Positions 63,466 to 64,000 of a stretch of 64,000 nt of DNA are shown in pieces. The stretch covers positions 62,001 to 126,000 of the forward strand of contig CBFDEM010000057.1 of NCBI GenBank assembly GCA_965603825.1, read 5' to 3'. The number at the start of each line of letters is the position of its first letter. Positions within the stretch are counted from its first letter, which is position 1. The DNA is from Blepharisma stoltei ATCC 30299 (Eukaryota; Protista; Ciliophora). The translations under genes and the position numbers were made by a program. The notes beneath the pieces were generated by a model, which saw only the letters and a program-made list of their open reading frames with translations, was not told where the DNA came from and ran no database searches.

Positions 63466-63909
63466 TTAATCTCCAGATGCGCATCCTCTGCATCCACAAT
63501 GTCTACACTCAAATTTTCTTTCTTCATCCATTCTATCCTTCGGAACTCTGCAAACACAAGTGCTTCCCATTAATTGATTTGATTTCTGTATACACATCAA
63601 GCAGCACAATTTTTCATATCCCGGCTTCTTTCACTTAGCTATCAATACAGGATCTACGAATTTTTCTCTTATACAAAATTCATACAATTCCTTTGAAATT
63701 TCGCCTTTTTTATAGTACAAATCATAAATATACCTTGATCTCTGATGGTTTATTTGGTGGATTGGCCATAACATTTCTACTTTTCTGCGGGATTCGGTAG
63801 GTGCGACTTCAACTTCTCTCATCTGTCTTGTAAATTCGCTCATCATGGGTTCTATTAGATCCCAGCCTTCTGGAGGCTTTTTGGTTCTAAGAGTTCTTAT
63901 CTTAGGCAT
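63466..63909 (-). CDS. BUD31: Pre-mRNA splicing factor BUD31/G10 (147 aa)
   Basis: PPEGWDLIEP, HQRSRYIYDLYYK, LIAK-W(TGA)-KKPGYEKLCC and CVCRVP...ECRHCGCRGCASGD. Confidence 0.96.
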
Positions 63910-64000
63910 TTTATTATTAAAATTGTTCGAGTAATCATTAGCGTAATATGGATCAATAATTTAACAGGTTATTGATTATCTTAAAAGTAAATGATGCACC

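Noticed and set aside
1-64000. Mass pseudogenisation suggested by the fragmented ORF track
   Set aside because: The breaks are in-frame TGA codons at conserved Trp positions or tiny introns; the genes are intact.
1-64000. tRNA, rRNA, CRISPR arrays or transposase genes
   Set aside because: None recognised by eye; small RNAs cannot be excluded without Infernal or tRNAscan.

Overview
AT-rich, gene-dense eukaryotic DNA that reads as a heterotrich ciliate macronuclear chromosome segment, most consistent with Blepharisma (inferred). TGA encodes Trp (it falls at invariant Trp positions such as thioredoxin WCGPC, Myb repeats, DHHCxW, kinase DIWS and channel pore helices), TAA and TAG are the stops, and introns are 15-16 nt GT-AG. 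The supplied standard-code ORF track therefore fragments nearly every gene. Re-read with TGA=Trp, the window holds about 35 genes. They include two tandem MAPK-like pseudokinases, a four-domain EEEE Ca2+ channel, a CFAP97-domain protein, a thioredoxin, EFR3-like, R2R3-Myb, CFAP157-like, a DHHC palmitoyltransferase, VPS8, SNAPC3, TMEM131-like, two histidine acid phosphatases, a hybrid histidine kinase, syntaxin, PARN, GRASP, PEX14, a ubiquitin fusion, a PHTF/7TMIC-like protein, EF-hand proteins, GCP2 and BUD31, plus several pseudogene relics. The best leads are the PHTF/insect-chemoreceptor-superfamily-like membrane protein, PEX14 with a PUB-like domain, GCP2 with an N-terminal beta-trefoil-like domain, MAPK pseudokinases with D-E-W in place of T-E-Y, genes abutting with 0-4 nt gaps, and nested inverted plus direct repeats around the phosphatase and histidine kinase. 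All family calls come from motif recognition by eye; no searches were run.
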